From an uncultured Prolixibacteraceae bacterium (GTDB lineage: Bacteria > Bacteroidota > Bacteroidia > Bacteroidales > Prolixibacteraceae): a stretch of DNA of 64,000 bases. Within the stretch, counting starts at the first letter, position 1. Every line of letters begins with the position of its first letter. Location of the stretch: contig CAZKIU010000015.1 in assembly GCA_964552955.1 (NCBI GenBank), positions 10,897 to 74,896 on the forward strand, written 5' to 3'. Below are positions 1 to 9,658 of the stretch, piece after piece. Both the position numbers and the translations under genes were made by a program. Below the pieces are notes generated by a model. It had not been told where the DNA came from and did not search any database. It worked only from the letters and a program-made list of their open reading frames with translations.

Positions 1-2787
1 AAAGAAGCCGGCGTCAATATCCCCCTTTATTACGGCTACTCGAAGAGCAATACCATGCCCAAGTATGACCCTACCAACCCCGATATTGAACTGAAGGAGA
101 GCCTTGACCGGACCGAATCGCGCCGGGAACAGGACTCGCTGCGGCATATCGCCCAGGACCTGGTGGTGCGCAAAAGCCTCAACTTCACCAATGTGCGGGT
201 CGACCCCCAACAGGAAACCCCTAAACCCGCCAAACTGTGGAGCCCCGGGAATTTCGCCCTGACCTACTCCTACAACGAGGTTTTTAAAAGAAATATCAAC
301 ACCGAATACAACGTCGACAAGATATACCGGGGCATGCTCTCCTACAACTTCAATACCCGCCCCGAGTTGTGGAGCCCCCTTTCGAAGGTACAATTCCTCC
401 AGAAAGGCCCCCTGAAACTGATCGGCGACTTCAACCTCTACCCTCTGCCCACCCAACTCTCGTTCAGGACAGACCTTTACCGGCGTTACAATGAAGTGCA
501 GGCCAGAAATATTACCAACCCGGGATTGATCCTGCCCAGGACTTTTGAGAAGGACTTCCTCTGGAACCGCAATTTCGACCTGATCTATGACATCACCCGC
601 AACCTGAAGGCCGATTTCTCCTCACAGGGGACCAACCGCATCGATGAGCCGGAGGGGCGTTTCAACCGCAGGGACAATGATTACGAGTGGAAGCGCGATT
701 CCCTGGTTTCCAACCTGCTGGCCATGGGAAGACCGGTGTTGTACAACCACAATGTCAACATCACCTACACCTTACCCATGAACCTGATCAAGGCCCTCAA
801 TTTCATCAGTGTCACCAGCCGCTATCAGGGGAGTTACAACTGGCAGGCCGGACCGGTGACCTCTGACACCATACGGCTGGGGAACAACATCCAGAATTCA
901 CAGAATATCAGCATCATGGGAAGTGTCAACCTGACCTCCCTGTACAATAAAGTGCCTTATCTTCAGAAACTGGAGACCAAATTCCAGAATACAGGCCGCA
1001 GCCGGTATGGGAGTTATGGCAATTACGGCAGTTCGGGAGACCGTAATCAGATGGGTTCATCGGGAAGCCGGCGGGAGCAGCAGCAGGTCAGGGAGCGGCC
1101 CCAGGTGAAGGAGGCTCCTGAGTTCAACCAGGCCAACGTGACCTTGCGGCCCGGGGTGCCCGTGACCATCAACCATAAGCTGGGAGAAAAGGATGTGACC
1201 CTGAAGGTCACCTCAGCCGACGGAAAGACCATCTCCGGCAGAGTCAGAAAAATAGACCGTGACAACATCGAGTTTACAGCTACCGACAGTGTGGCCGCGG
1301 CTACGGTTCAGGTCACAGGTAAGGTGGATAAGGACATCATGCGGGAGATCCTTGACGTGGCCCTGCGTATGGCCACCGGAGTGCGTAACCTCTCGGTGAC
1401 GTATAACCTTACGGGAGGATCGGTGCTTCCGGGTTATCTTCCGGAACCGGCCTTCCTGGGAGGTGGAATGTACACCCCTGACCAGGGGCTCTTCGGCCGT
1501 ACCATGGGCAGCAGTTATGCACCCGGACTGCCGTTCCTTATGGGATGGCAGGACCGGCAGTTTGCGCAGAACGCAGGCCAGAGAGGATGGCTGACCACCG
1601 ATCCCATTCTCAACACGCCCTTCCAGTTCACCAGCAATGAACGGATCTCACTGCGTGCCGACGTGGAACCCCTCCCCGACCTGAGAATCGACGTGAATGC
1701 CGATCGGGCCATGTCCAAAAATATCAGCGAGTTCTACAACTACGACCCGGTCAACAGCCGTTTCAATGCCGAGAATTTCTCCGAACGGGGCAACTTCAGC
1801 ATGTCGGTGCTCACCTGGGGAACGGCCTTTTTTGCCCTTGGCAAGGAGGAGGTCCACCAGTCGGAAGCCTTTGAAAAACTGAAAGACTACCGCATCATCA
1901 TTGCCCGCCGTTTGGCCGCCCGCCGCCCTGCCGCCCACGGCTACGACCCCACGGCCATCAACCCGGAAACAGGATTCCCTGATGGCTATGGCCCCACCTC
2001 CGTCGAGGTGCTGGTCCCCGCCTTCCTCGCCGCCTATCAGGGTGCTGACCCCCACAAGGTCTCCCTCAACATGTTCCCTCCCCTCAAGTACATCCGCCCC
2101 AACTGGAGAATCCAATACGAGGGGATGGTCTCCAAGATTCCGGCCTTCAACAAGGTGATGAAAACCATGGCCTTCACCCACGCCTACCGCTCCAGCTATA
2201 ATGTGGGCTCCTTCCTCACCAACCTCAACTACCTGGCCGAAAACGACGGCTTCAGCTATGTGCGCGACATCCAGAACAACTTCCTCCCCGCTTATGAGTT
2301 CAACTCGGTGAGCGTTAACGAGACCTTCAGCCCGCTCATCAACATGGACATCACCTGGATCAACGACCTGACCACCCGCGGTGAGATCAAACGTACCCGC
2401 TCCATGGCCCTCTCCTTCGCCAACAATCAACTGACGGAGGTGCTGAGCAACGAATACATCTTCGGGGTAGGCTACCGGTTTACCCGTATGGACCTTATCC
2501 TGAAAACCAAAAACGCACAACGTTCCTACTCCAATGACCTGACCCTCAGAGCCGACGTCTCCCTCAGGAAAAATAAAACCGTTCTGAGAAAACTGGTGGA
2601 GAACACCGATCAGCTCACCGCCGGTCAGAATGCCGTGACCATCAAAGCCACAGCCGATTACATGCTCAGCGACAGGTTCCAGCTCAGGGTTTACTACGAC
2701 AAAGTGATCAACCAGCCGTTTGTCGGCTCCTTCGATACTTCCAACACCAACTTCGGGGTGAGCTTCCGCTTTACCCTCGCCGAATAG
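1..2787 (+). CDS. sprA: Gliding-motility/T9SS outer-membrane translocon SprA, C-terminal ~928 codons (5' end lies outside the window)
   Basis: Frame 1 is open from nt 1, so the listed ATG at 55 is internal. The long polar beta-rich sequence ends in a C-terminal barrel-type strand (NTNFGVSFRFTLAE). Blocks such as FLWNRNFDLIYDITRNLKADF match SprA/Sov family proteins as I remember them. Confidence 0.75.
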   Translation, partial: KEAGVNIPLYYGYSKSNTMPKYDPTNPDIELKESLDRTESRREQDSLRHIAQDLVVRKSLNFTNVRVDPQQETPKPAKLWSPGNFALTYSYNEVFKRNINTEYNVDKIYRGMLSYNFNTRPELWSPLSKVQFLQKGPLKLIGDFNLYPLPTQLSFRTDLYRRYNEVQARNITNPGLILPRTFEKDFLWNRNFDLIYDITRNLKADFSSQGTNRIDEPEGRFNRRDNDYEWKRDSLVSNLLAMGRPVLYNHNVNITYTLPMNLIKALNFISVTSRYQGSYNWQAGPVTSDTIRLGNNIQNSQNISIMGSVNLTSLYNKVPYLQKLETKFQNTGRSRYGSYGNYGSSGDRNQMGSSGSRREQQQVRERPQVKEAPEFNQANVTLRPGVPVTINHKLGEKDVTLKVTSADGKTISGRVRKIDRDNIEFTATDSVAAATVQVTGKVDKDIMREILDVALRMATGVRNLSVTYNLTGGSVLPGYLPEPAFLGGGMYTPDQGLFGRTMGSSYAPGLPFLMGWQDRQFAQNAGQRGWLTTDPILNTPFQFTSNERISLRADVEPLPDLRIDVNADRAMSKNISEFYNYDPVNSRFNAENFSERGNFSMSVLTWGTAFFALGKEEVHQSEAFEKLKDYRIIIARRLAARRPAAHGYDPTAINPETGFPDGYGPTSVEVLVPAFLAAYQGADPHKVSLNMFPPLKYIRPNWRIQYEGMVSKIPAFNKVMKTMAFTHAYRSSYNVGSFLTNLNYLAENDGFSYVRDIQNNFLPAYEFNSVSVNETFSPLINMDITWINDLTTRGEIKRTRSMALSFANNQLTEVLSNEYIFGVGYRFTRMDLILKTKNAQRSYSNDLTLRADVSLRKNKTVLRKLVENTDQLTAGQNAVTIKATADYMLSDRFQLRVYYDKVINQPFVGSFDTSNTNFGVSFRFTLAE

Positions 2788-3022
2788 GGAAAAGAGAGGA
2801 AGTCCCTGAAATCCCTCCCGCCGAACCAATCACTCCGGTTTCCGTATACACACGGTGTAATGCCGTTCAACCTGTGTTACCTGAGGTGAACGGCCAGGGG
2901 TATGACCGGAAGGCGGCCAGCCTTACAGCGGGCGGCCAGCCTTGAATGCCTTTGATGGTGAGGTTTCAACAGGAGGCCTCCCGAAATCAGGAAGTTCAAC
3001 ATTTTAACAGGGAGAGTGAATC

Positions 3023-3442
3023 ATGAACAAGCTGATACTAATGGCATGGTGCGCCCTGCTACTGGTGGCCGCCTGCACCAGCAGCCGCAAAGCCGGAAAG
3101 GTCGAACTCACCCGGGAGCCCCCCGGCACCGACAGCACCAGCTATGAACTCATCGTTTTGGACCCCGGTTTTGAAAGCTGGTTCATTACGCGCAGCCAAC
3201 CCGCCTGGTTCCACTCACAGGAATATTATGAAAACTGGAACCGCCAGTACGTCACCGAATGGAACCTCAAGGCTTCCAGTCCCCGGCACAGCAGAATCTT
3301 CGAGTCCATCCTGGGGTACGACCCCACGGTGGATTACGGCCTGGCAATCAACCATAAGCTGTTTTACTATTTCCTCTATGTGGAGAAGGAACTGGGGATT
3401 CCCATTCTGATGCCGGGGATATCGCCCCATGCAGTTTTCTGA
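3023..3442 (+). CDS. Small conserved-looking lipoprotein of unknown function
   Basis: SPII signal with lipobox (LLVAAC). 139 aa, no catalytic motifs recognised. Confidence 0.7.
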   Translation: MNKLILMAWCALLLVAACTSSRKAGKVELTREPPGTDSTSYELIVLDPGFESWFITRSQPAWFHSQEYYENWNRQYVTEWNLKASSPRHSRIFESILGYDPTVDYGLAINHKLFYYFLYVEKELGIPILMPGISPHAVF

Positions 3443-3501
3443 AAGCTTCAGTCACCGTTCAGGGCCCGGCCCCAGGTCGGTTCCAGGACGTGTATCCGGA
3501 G

Positions 3502-4554
3502 TTACAGGGAGGAGGGGTTTCGCACTACGGTAAGGAGCGTATCATCGAGGAGTTCCGTAGCGGTGGTCACGCCACTGAGGCGGGGTGCTGCCGTGCCTGC
3601 GCCGAAACGTACCCTTCCCGTATAGATATGGGCTTCATCCCACAAGCCGGCCTCTATGAAGGCCTTCAGGGTCTCTCTGCCCCCTTCCACGATCAGCGAC
3701 AGCTTGCCGGCACTCCTGAGGTACGAAAGGATCTGGTGAGGCAGGGTGGCCCCGGGGGTGATCTTCATAAAAGTCAGATTCTCCTCATCAGGAGAGGGAT
3801 GGGCGGTAGCCACAACGGTAGGGGTGGAATGGTCAAAGAGGTGGAGGTGGCGGGGTAGCTTTCCCGCAGGATCAAGCACCATCCTCAGGGGATGGGGACC
3901 GCTCCATGCGCGGGTTGTCAGGGCCGGATCATCCCTTTCTGCCGTCACCCGGCCGACCAGAATCGCCGCCTCCCGGGCCCGGCAGCGGTGAACCACCCTC
4001 CTGGCCAGCGCCCCGGAGATCCATACCACACGTCCTTCCTCCTCCTTTGAGCGCTCCCTGTCCATAAAACCGTCACTGCTCTGGGCCCACTTCAGTATCA
4101 CCCAGGGCCGGTTCTTCTCATGAAAGGTCAGAAACCGGCGGTTCTGCTCGCGACATTCCTTTTCCAGCACACCCGTGATCACCTCCACCCCTGCCCGGCG
4201 TAGCTTCTCTATCCCCTTGCCGTCCACCGACGGAAAGGGATCCCGGATGCCGATGACGACGCTGGGAATTTGCGAGGCTATGATCAGGTCGGCACAGGGC
4301 GGCGTTTTACCATAATGGGCACACGGCTCCAGCGATACATACAATACCGACTCACGGAGGAGTTCACGCCGCTTCACCGAGGCCAGGGCCATCACTTCGG
4401 CATGAGGACCTCCATACTCCCGGTGGAAACCCTCCCCGATGATCCGGCCTGCATGAACGATCACACACCCCACCATCGGGTTGGGAGCCACACGCCCTGC
4501 CCCTGCAGCCGCCAGCCACAGACACCGCTCCATAAATTTTTCATGTTCCCTCAT
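3502..4554 (-). CDS. ribD: Bifunctional riboflavin biosynthesis protein RibD (pyrimidine deaminase / uracil reductase)
   Basis: CMP/dCMP deaminase zinc motifs HAE and PCxxC (EPCAHYGKTPPCADL), followed by a RibD C-terminal reductase domain. 350 aa. Confidence 0.93.
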   Translation of the reverse strand: MREHEKFMERCLWLAAAGAGRVAPNPMVGCVIVHAGRIIGEGFHREYGGPHAEVMALASVKRRELLRESVLYVSLEPCAHYGKTPPCADLIIASQIPSVVIGIRDPFPSVDGKGIEKLRRAGVEVITGVLEKECREQNRRFLTFHEKNRPWVILKWAQSSDGFMDRERSKEEEGRVVWISGALARRVVHRCRAREAAILVGRVTAERDDPALTTRAWSGPHPLRMVLDPAGKLPRHLHLFDHSTPTVVATAHPSPDEENLTFMKITPGATLPHQILSYLRSAGKLSLIVEGGRETLKAFIEAGLWDEAHIYTGRVRFGAGTAAPRLSGVTTATELLDDTLLTVVRNPSSL

Positions 4555-4590
4555 TCAGGACAAAACCATAACTTTGCCAAAAATAACACA

Positions 4591-5433
4591 ATGCAGGCGA
4601 CTATTCAATGGATCATGCAGGAATTGCAAGGGGTCTACCCCGATGCGGAAATCAGGGCGTTCACCCGTATGATTTTCCATGCCTTGCGCGGATGGACTCT
4701 TACCGACCTGCTCCTTCGTGAGGAGGAGCGGCTCTCGCCTGCAGAGGTCAGCCAGGTCGGGGCTATCGTCAGCCGCCTCCGGCAACGGGAACCCATCCAA
4801 TACATCCTGGGGGAGGTCACCTTTGTGGGGCTCACCCTCCGCGTGAATCCCGCCGTTCTGATTCCCCGGCCGGAAACGGAAGAACTGATCCATTGGATCA
4901 TCACTTCCCGTAACGAAGCCCCACTCTCCCTCCTCGATATCGGTACCGGGAGTGGCTGCATCGCCCTGGCCCTCAGCAAAGCCTTCCCCCATTGCGACAC
5001 CCGGGGGTGCGACCTCTCCGAAGAAGCCCTCACCGTGGCCCGCAACAACGCCCTGATCAACCACTCCGGCGCCCGCTTTTTCAAGGCTGACATCCTCCGG
5101 TGGCCGGCGTTCCGGGAGTGGCAGAAAACAGACCTCATCGTGAGCAACCCCCCCTATGTCATGGAAAGCGAAAAAAACGAAATGGAGGAGCACGTCGTTT
5201 TTCATGAACCCCCGCTGGCCCTTTACGTTCCCGATGAGGATCCTCTGCTCTATTACCGGCATATCGCCGCTTTTGCCCATGAATGGCTGAGCGAGGAAGG
5301 AGAACTTTTCCTGGAAATCAACCGCCGCTTTGGACAGGAGGTGACCACCCTCCTCTCCCAACATGGATTCCGAAAGAGTGAAGTCCGCAGCGACCTGAGC
5401 GGAAACCCCCGCATGGTCAGGGCACAAAAATGA
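4591..5433 (+). CDS. prmC: Peptide chain release factor N5-glutamine methyltransferase PrmC
   Basis: SAM-binding DIGTGSGCIAL and catalytic NPPY (IVSNPPYV). Start moved to the ATG at 4591, because the 4270-4590 part of the tracked ORF is antisense to ribD. Confidence 0.9.
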   Translation: MQATIQWIMQELQGVYPDAEIRAFTRMIFHALRGWTLTDLLLREEERLSPAEVSQVGAIVSRLRQREPIQYILGEVTFVGLTLRVNPAVLIPRPETEELIHWIITSRNEAPLSLLDIGTGSGCIALALSKAFPHCDTRGCDLSEEALTVARNNALINHSGARFFKADILRWPAFREWQKTDLIVSNPPYVMESEKNEMEEHVVFHEPPLALYVPDEDPLLYYRHIAAFAHEWLSEEGELFLEINRRFGQEVTTLLSQHGFRKSEVRSDLSGNPRMVRAQK

Positions 5434-5526
5434 GACTCCTCCGGTGACACGATGCCGGAAGGATATCCATCGTTTCACCAATTTCACTAAATTGCACTCC
5501 GAAAACAGGATGCTTTTCTACCTACC

Positions 5527-6591
5527 TTGAAAACAATTGCAAAAAATAGCCTTTTGGCTTTCAATATAATGGCTGCCCTGGCACTGGTAGCTTCCTACCT
5601 GTCGCAATACATCCCTCCTGACCGGTGGTGGGCCCCTTCCCTGTTTGGGCTGGGGTACCCATACCTCCTGGCGGTGAATATCCTTTTTGTACTGACCTGG
5701 CTGCTGATCGCTCCCCGGCGTTCCCTGCTCTCCCTGGTGTTGATCCTGGCCGGCTGGGGCATCCTGACCCGCTACATCCAGGTCAGCGGAAAAACTACCA
5801 GTCAACCCACCATCAGGGTCGTTTCCTACAATGTCAAAAACTTCACCGGCAAGGGCAACAACCCCTCGCGCGAACTCGCCGAGGTGATCAAGGGTTTCCT
5901 CCGTGAAAACGAACCCGACATCATTTGCCTGCAGGAAGTCAAACTACGCACCAACAAGGTCTTTAACCTGGAAGAGACCAAACAGCAATTCTCCCGCATC
6001 AATCATTACCAGTATGCCCGGGCCGGAAGTACCATCGGTTCGGTGACCATGACCAGCTTTCCCATTGTCAAGATGGAAGAAATCAGGTTTGAAAAATCAG
6101 GGAACATAGCCATTTGCACCGATGTCATCATCAGGGGGGATACCTTCCGCATCTTCAACGTCCACCTGCAGTCTTACAAAATTGACCCCGACCGGTACAG
6201 TGTTATCGACAATCCCGGCATTCCGCGGAAAAAAGATCTCCGTGAATACAGGGAGCTGGCGGAAAAATACAGGCAAGCCATGATCAAGCGAGCCGCCCAG
6301 GCCAGGATGATCCGGAAAAAAATCAGGCAATCGCCCTATCCGGTGCTGGTATGCGGTGACTTCAACGACACCCCGGCCTCCTTCGCCTACCGCAAAACAA
6401 GAGGTCCCCTGCGCGATGCCTTCGTCGGCTCTGGAAAAGGCATCGGCCTGACCTATGTCGGAAAACTCCCTTCTTTCCGGATCGACTACATCCTTCACAG
6501 CCCTAAACTGGAAAGCTTCAACTTCACCATACACCAGGTCCCCTACAGCGATCACCTGCCTATCTCCTGCGAGTTCAACATCAGGAAATGA
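5527..6591 (+). CDS. Membrane-anchored endonuclease/exonuclease/phosphatase (EEP) family protein
   Basis: N-terminal hydrophobic helices followed by EEP blocks (VSYNVKNF, ICLQEV, CGDFNDTP, SDHLPI). TTG start at 5527; an ATG at about 5569 is an alternative. Confidence 0.8.
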   Translation: MKTIAKNSLLAFNIMAALALVASYLSQYIPPDRWWAPSLFGLGYPYLLAVNILFVLTWLLIAPRRSLLSLVLILAGWGILTRYIQVSGKTTSQPTIRVVSYNVKNFTGKGNNPSRELAEVIKGFLRENEPDIICLQEVKLRTNKVFNLEETKQQFSRINHYQYARAGSTIGSVTMTSFPIVKMEEIRFEKSGNIAICTDVIIRGDTFRIFNVHLQSYKIDPDRYSVIDNPGIPRKKDLREYRELAEKYRQAMIKRAAQARMIRKKIRQSPYPVLVCGDFNDTPASFAYRKTRGPLRDAFVGSGKGIGLTYVGKLPSFRIDYILHSPKLESFNFTIHQVPYSDHLPISCEFNIRK

Positions 6592-6602
6592 GCAGCCCGG
6601 CA

Positions 6603-7538
6603 TCAGGAGGCAGCCAGAATCTCCAGTGCCCGCTGCCGGTCGCGGTGCAGCTGCTCTACCAGGGCGTCCACGCTGTCGAATTTCTGTTCATCCCTGATTT
6701 TGCCTATAAACATCAGGGTGATCTTCTCCCCATAGAGCGATCCCTCGAAACCAAACAGGTTCACTTCGATACTCCGGTTGTCGGCATTCTGGTTGAAGGT
6801 GGGGCGGGTCCCAATGTTGAGCATCCCCTCCCAGTTCTTGCCAGCCACCCTTATTCTGACGGCATACACGCCGTAACCCGGGATCAGCTTGAGGACCTCT
6901 GTCGCTTCAATATTTGCAGTGGGAAATCCCAGCTTACGGCCCACCTTTTCTCCTTCGACAACGCTGCCATGCAGTTCATAGGGATAGCCCAGATAACTGT
7001 TGGCGGTTTTGATATCACCCGCTTCAAGGGCCTCCCGGATACGGGTGCTGCTCACATGGGCCTCATTGATGAGCAGCGGATCCAGTTTCTCAATCCTGAA
7101 ATCATACTGGCGGGCACACTCCCGAAGATACTCAAAATCCCCCTCCCTGTTTTTCCCGAATTTGTGGTCATACCCCACTACCAGACAGGAGGTTCCAATC
7201 TTACCGACAAGGATCTCTTTGACGAACTCGCGATAGGTCAGGGCCGCAAACGCATGGGTAAAGGGGTAAACCACCAGGTGGTCGATGCCTGCTTTTTCCA
7301 GAAGCTCCGCCTTCTCCTCCAGGGTGGTGATCAGCCGGAGGTTGTGTTCTCCGGGGGATAGAAGCTGCCGCGGATGAGGATCAAAGGTGAACAACAAGGA
7401 CTCCCCGCCCGTCTCACGGGCGATTTCTGTCAGCCGTCCAAGAATCTTGCGATGACCCATATGCACGCCATCAAACGTGCCGATGGTCACCACCGGCCTG
7501 ACAGCCCTCAGTTGAGAAAGCTCCTTATATATCTTCAC
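6603..7538 (-). CDS. ribF: Bifunctional riboflavin kinase / FMN adenylyltransferase RibF
   Basis: GTFDGVHMGH nucleotidyltransferase motif and a C-terminal riboflavin kinase domain (GFPTANI, PTFN). GTG start. Confidence 0.93.
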   Translation of the reverse strand: MKIYKELSQLRAVRPVVTIGTFDGVHMGHRKILGRLTEIARETGGESLLFTFDPHPRQLLSPGEHNLRLITTLEEKAELLEKAGIDHLVVYPFTHAFAALTYREFVKEILVGKIGTSCLVVGYDHKFGKNREGDFEYLRECARQYDFRIEKLDPLLINEAHVSSTRIREALEAGDIKTANSYLGYPYELHGSVVEGEKVGRKLGFPTANIEATEVLKLIPGYGVYAVRIRVAGKNWEGMLNIGTRPTFNQNADNRSIEVNLFGFEGSLYGEKITLMFIGKIRDEQKFDSVDALVEQLHRDRQRALEILAAS

Positions 7539-7557
7539 GCTATTCTGTCCAGGAAGT

Positions 7558-7565
7558 CAAAAATA
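7558..7565 (-). promoter_or_regulatory. Candidate Bacteroidota -7 promoter box (TATTTTTG) for ribF
   Basis: The minus strand reads TATTTTTG, matching the TAnnTTTG consensus, 20 nt upstream of the ribF start in an AT-rich spacer. Confidence 0.35.
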
Positions 7566-7645
7566 TAAAATTATTATCTTCGCACCGGAATTTTCGGCCT
7601 GTCTGGTTTTTATTTAATTTTACCACCCAAAATAACTGCGCAAGA

Positions 7646-8797
7646 ATGAGACGATTTACCCTATTTACATTCTGGATATTTTTACTTGTATTGGCAGGAT
7701 GCTCGAAGCCCGGGAAATTTGAGATCAAGGGGAAGATCTCCAACGCTTCCGGGAAAATGGTTTACCTGGAAGAGCTGATGGTTGCCAGCGTTAGGCCTGT
7801 GGATTCAGCCAGGATCAATAGCTCGGGGGATTTCACCATCAGGCATGAGGTGGGGATGCCTACCTTCTTTCTCCTGAAGCTCTCTGAGAACAACTTCATC
7901 ACGCTGCTGATCGACTCAGTCGAGAAGGTCTCCGTCACTGCCGATGCCATCAGCTTCGCCCGCGACTACAAGGTGACCGGCTCACCCGGCTCCCTGCTGG
8001 TCCAGGAACTCAACTACAAGCTGAATACCACCAAACAGAAACTCGACTCCATATCGTCACTTTATACCCTGTATGCCGGCAGTCCCGATTTCGAGGCCCT
8101 TAAGGCGGGCTGGAAAGAGGCCTACGACCGGATCGTCCAGGAACAGGTCGATTATTCCACCCACTTTGTCTCCGACCATCCCTTTTCGATGGCCAGTGTT
8201 CTGGCTTTATACCAGAAATTCAATGATGACAATTATGTGGTGCGTGATCTTCATGCCCTGAAGGTGGCCGCTTCGGCCCTCAACTCCTTTTATCCCGAAT
8301 CGGAACATGTCAGGGCGCTCTATACCAACACCCTGCAGCTTCTGGCTACGGAACGTGAAGGAAAGGTGAGGCAGCTGATCGCCGAACAGGGCGAAAACAG
8401 TCCCGAGATCCTCCTCCCAGACCCCGAAGGCCACGAGGTGCCCCTCTCCTCCTTCCGGGGTAAATATGTACTGGTCCATTTCTGGTCGGCCGTTGACCCC
8501 AACTCCCGTATCGTGAATCCTGTACTGGTGGAGATCTACCAGAAGTACAAAAGCCGGGGACTGGAGATCTACCAGGTGAGTGTCGACAAGGACCGGGCGG
8601 TATGGCTCGATGCTATTGAAAAAGACGGGCTTACCTGGACCAATGTGGGAGATATGAAAGGGAGCATCGAGGCGGTGATGCACTATAACATCCAATCGGT
8701 GCCTTTCAATTATCTTCTCGACAAGGAAGGAGCCATCGTGGCCCGGAACCTGACCGGCCCGGCCATCGACAGAACCCTGTCGCAACTGCTCCGCTGA
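7646..8797 (+). CDS. DUF4369-like plus thioredoxin-fold (TlpA/AhpC-like) lipoprotein lacking the CXXC active site
   Basis: Lipobox LAGC. The C-terminal redoxin fold (LPDPEGHEVPLSSFRGKYVLVHFW...) has FWSAVDPNSR where FWASWCGPCR is expected. The lipid-anchor Cys is the only Cys in the protein. Confidence 0.8.
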   Translation: MRRFTLFTFWIFLLVLAGCSKPGKFEIKGKISNASGKMVYLEELMVASVRPVDSARINSSGDFTIRHEVGMPTFFLLKLSENNFITLLIDSVEKVSVTADAISFARDYKVTGSPGSLLVQELNYKLNTTKQKLDSISSLYTLYAGSPDFEALKAGWKEAYDRIVQEQVDYSTHFVSDHPFSMASVLALYQKFNDDNYVVRDLHALKVAASALNSFYPESEHVRALYTNTLQLLATEREGKVRQLIAEQGENSPEILLPDPEGHEVPLSSFRGKYVLVHFWSAVDPNSRIVNPVLVEIYQKYKSRGLEIYQVSVDKDRAVWLDAIEKDGLTWTNVGDMKGSIEAVMHYNIQSVPFNYLLDKEGAIVARNLTGPAIDRTLSQLLR

Positions 8798-8875
8798 CCG
8801 CTGGTCCACCTGACCACGGACTATTTATGTGACCTCTGAAAACCTGATCTCCGCCTGCCGGGTGATCCAAAACAG

Positions 8876-9634
8876 ATGAATTTGCATCAGGAAGGGAAAA
8901 AAACATATTTTGTTTCCGACGTTCACCTGGGAGCTCCTGCCCTGAAGGACAACAGGGAGAGGGAATTGCTGTTCGTAAAATGGCTCAGAGAAGTGGGCCG
9001 CGATGCGGAAGCCATCTACCTGATGGGCGACATCTTCGACTACTGGTTTGAATACAGAACCGTCGTTCCCCGTGGTTTTACCCGCGTGCTGGGGAGCATT
9101 GCCGCACTGACTGACCAGGGCATCCCGGTCCACTTTTTCACCGGGAACCACGATATCTGGGTCTTCGACTATCTTCCCGCAGAAACGGGAATTATCCTCC
9201 ACAAGGAACCTTTTATCACCACCATCGGTGAGCACCGTTTTTTCCTGGCCCACGGCGATGGCCTCGACGCCAGCGATAAGGGCTATCTGCTCCTGAAAAG
9301 AATTTTTACCAGCCGAACCCTGCAATGGTTCTATGCCAGAGTCCATCCCGACCTGACCATCCGCCTGGCCCACCGCTGGTCCAAAAACAGCCGCCTCTCA
9401 AAAAATACAGGAGGCCCCGAATTTATGGGAGAAAAAGAAGGAATTTATAAATTTGCACTATCGGTCCTGAAAAAGGAGGCGATCGACTTCTTCATTTTCG
9501 GGCACCGGCACCGCCTGGCCGATATGGTCATTCATGGTGAAAGCCGCCTGATCCTCCTGGGAGAATGGATCAACGCTTTTTCCTACGGAGTATATGACGG
9601 GAGGCGTTTTGAACTTAAAAAGTACGTACCTTAA
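8876..9634 (+). CDS. lpxH: UDP-2,3-diacylglucosamine diphosphatase LpxH (calcineurin-like metallophosphoesterase)
   Basis: Metallophosphoesterase motifs SDVHLG, GDIFDYW, GNHD and GHRH. Size and pattern are typical of LpxH. Confidence 0.85.
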   Translation: MNLHQEGKKTYFVSDVHLGAPALKDNRERELLFVKWLREVGRDAEAIYLMGDIFDYWFEYRTVVPRGFTRVLGSIAALTDQGIPVHFFTGNHDIWVFDYLPAETGIILHKEPFITTIGEHRFFLAHGDGLDASDKGYLLLKRIFTSRTLQWFYARVHPDLTIRLAHRWSKNSRLSKNTGGPEFMGEKEGIYKFALSVLKKEAIDFFIFGHRHRLADMVIHGESRLILLGEWINAFSYGVYDGRRFELKKYVP

Positions 9635-9658
9635 CAGATTACCATTATAGCGATCTGT

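Noticed and set aside
4270-4590. N-terminal 107-codon extension of the prmC ORF
   Set aside because: It is antisense to the ribD coding region, has no PrmC homology, and the PrmC-like sequence begins at the ATG at 4591.
4555-4590. FMN riboswitch expected near ribD (and near ribF at 7539-7645)
   Set aside because: Only 36 bp separate ribD from the divergent prmC, and the ribF upstream spacer is AT-rich with no FMN-element-like conserved stems. No riboswitch-sized structured leader is present.
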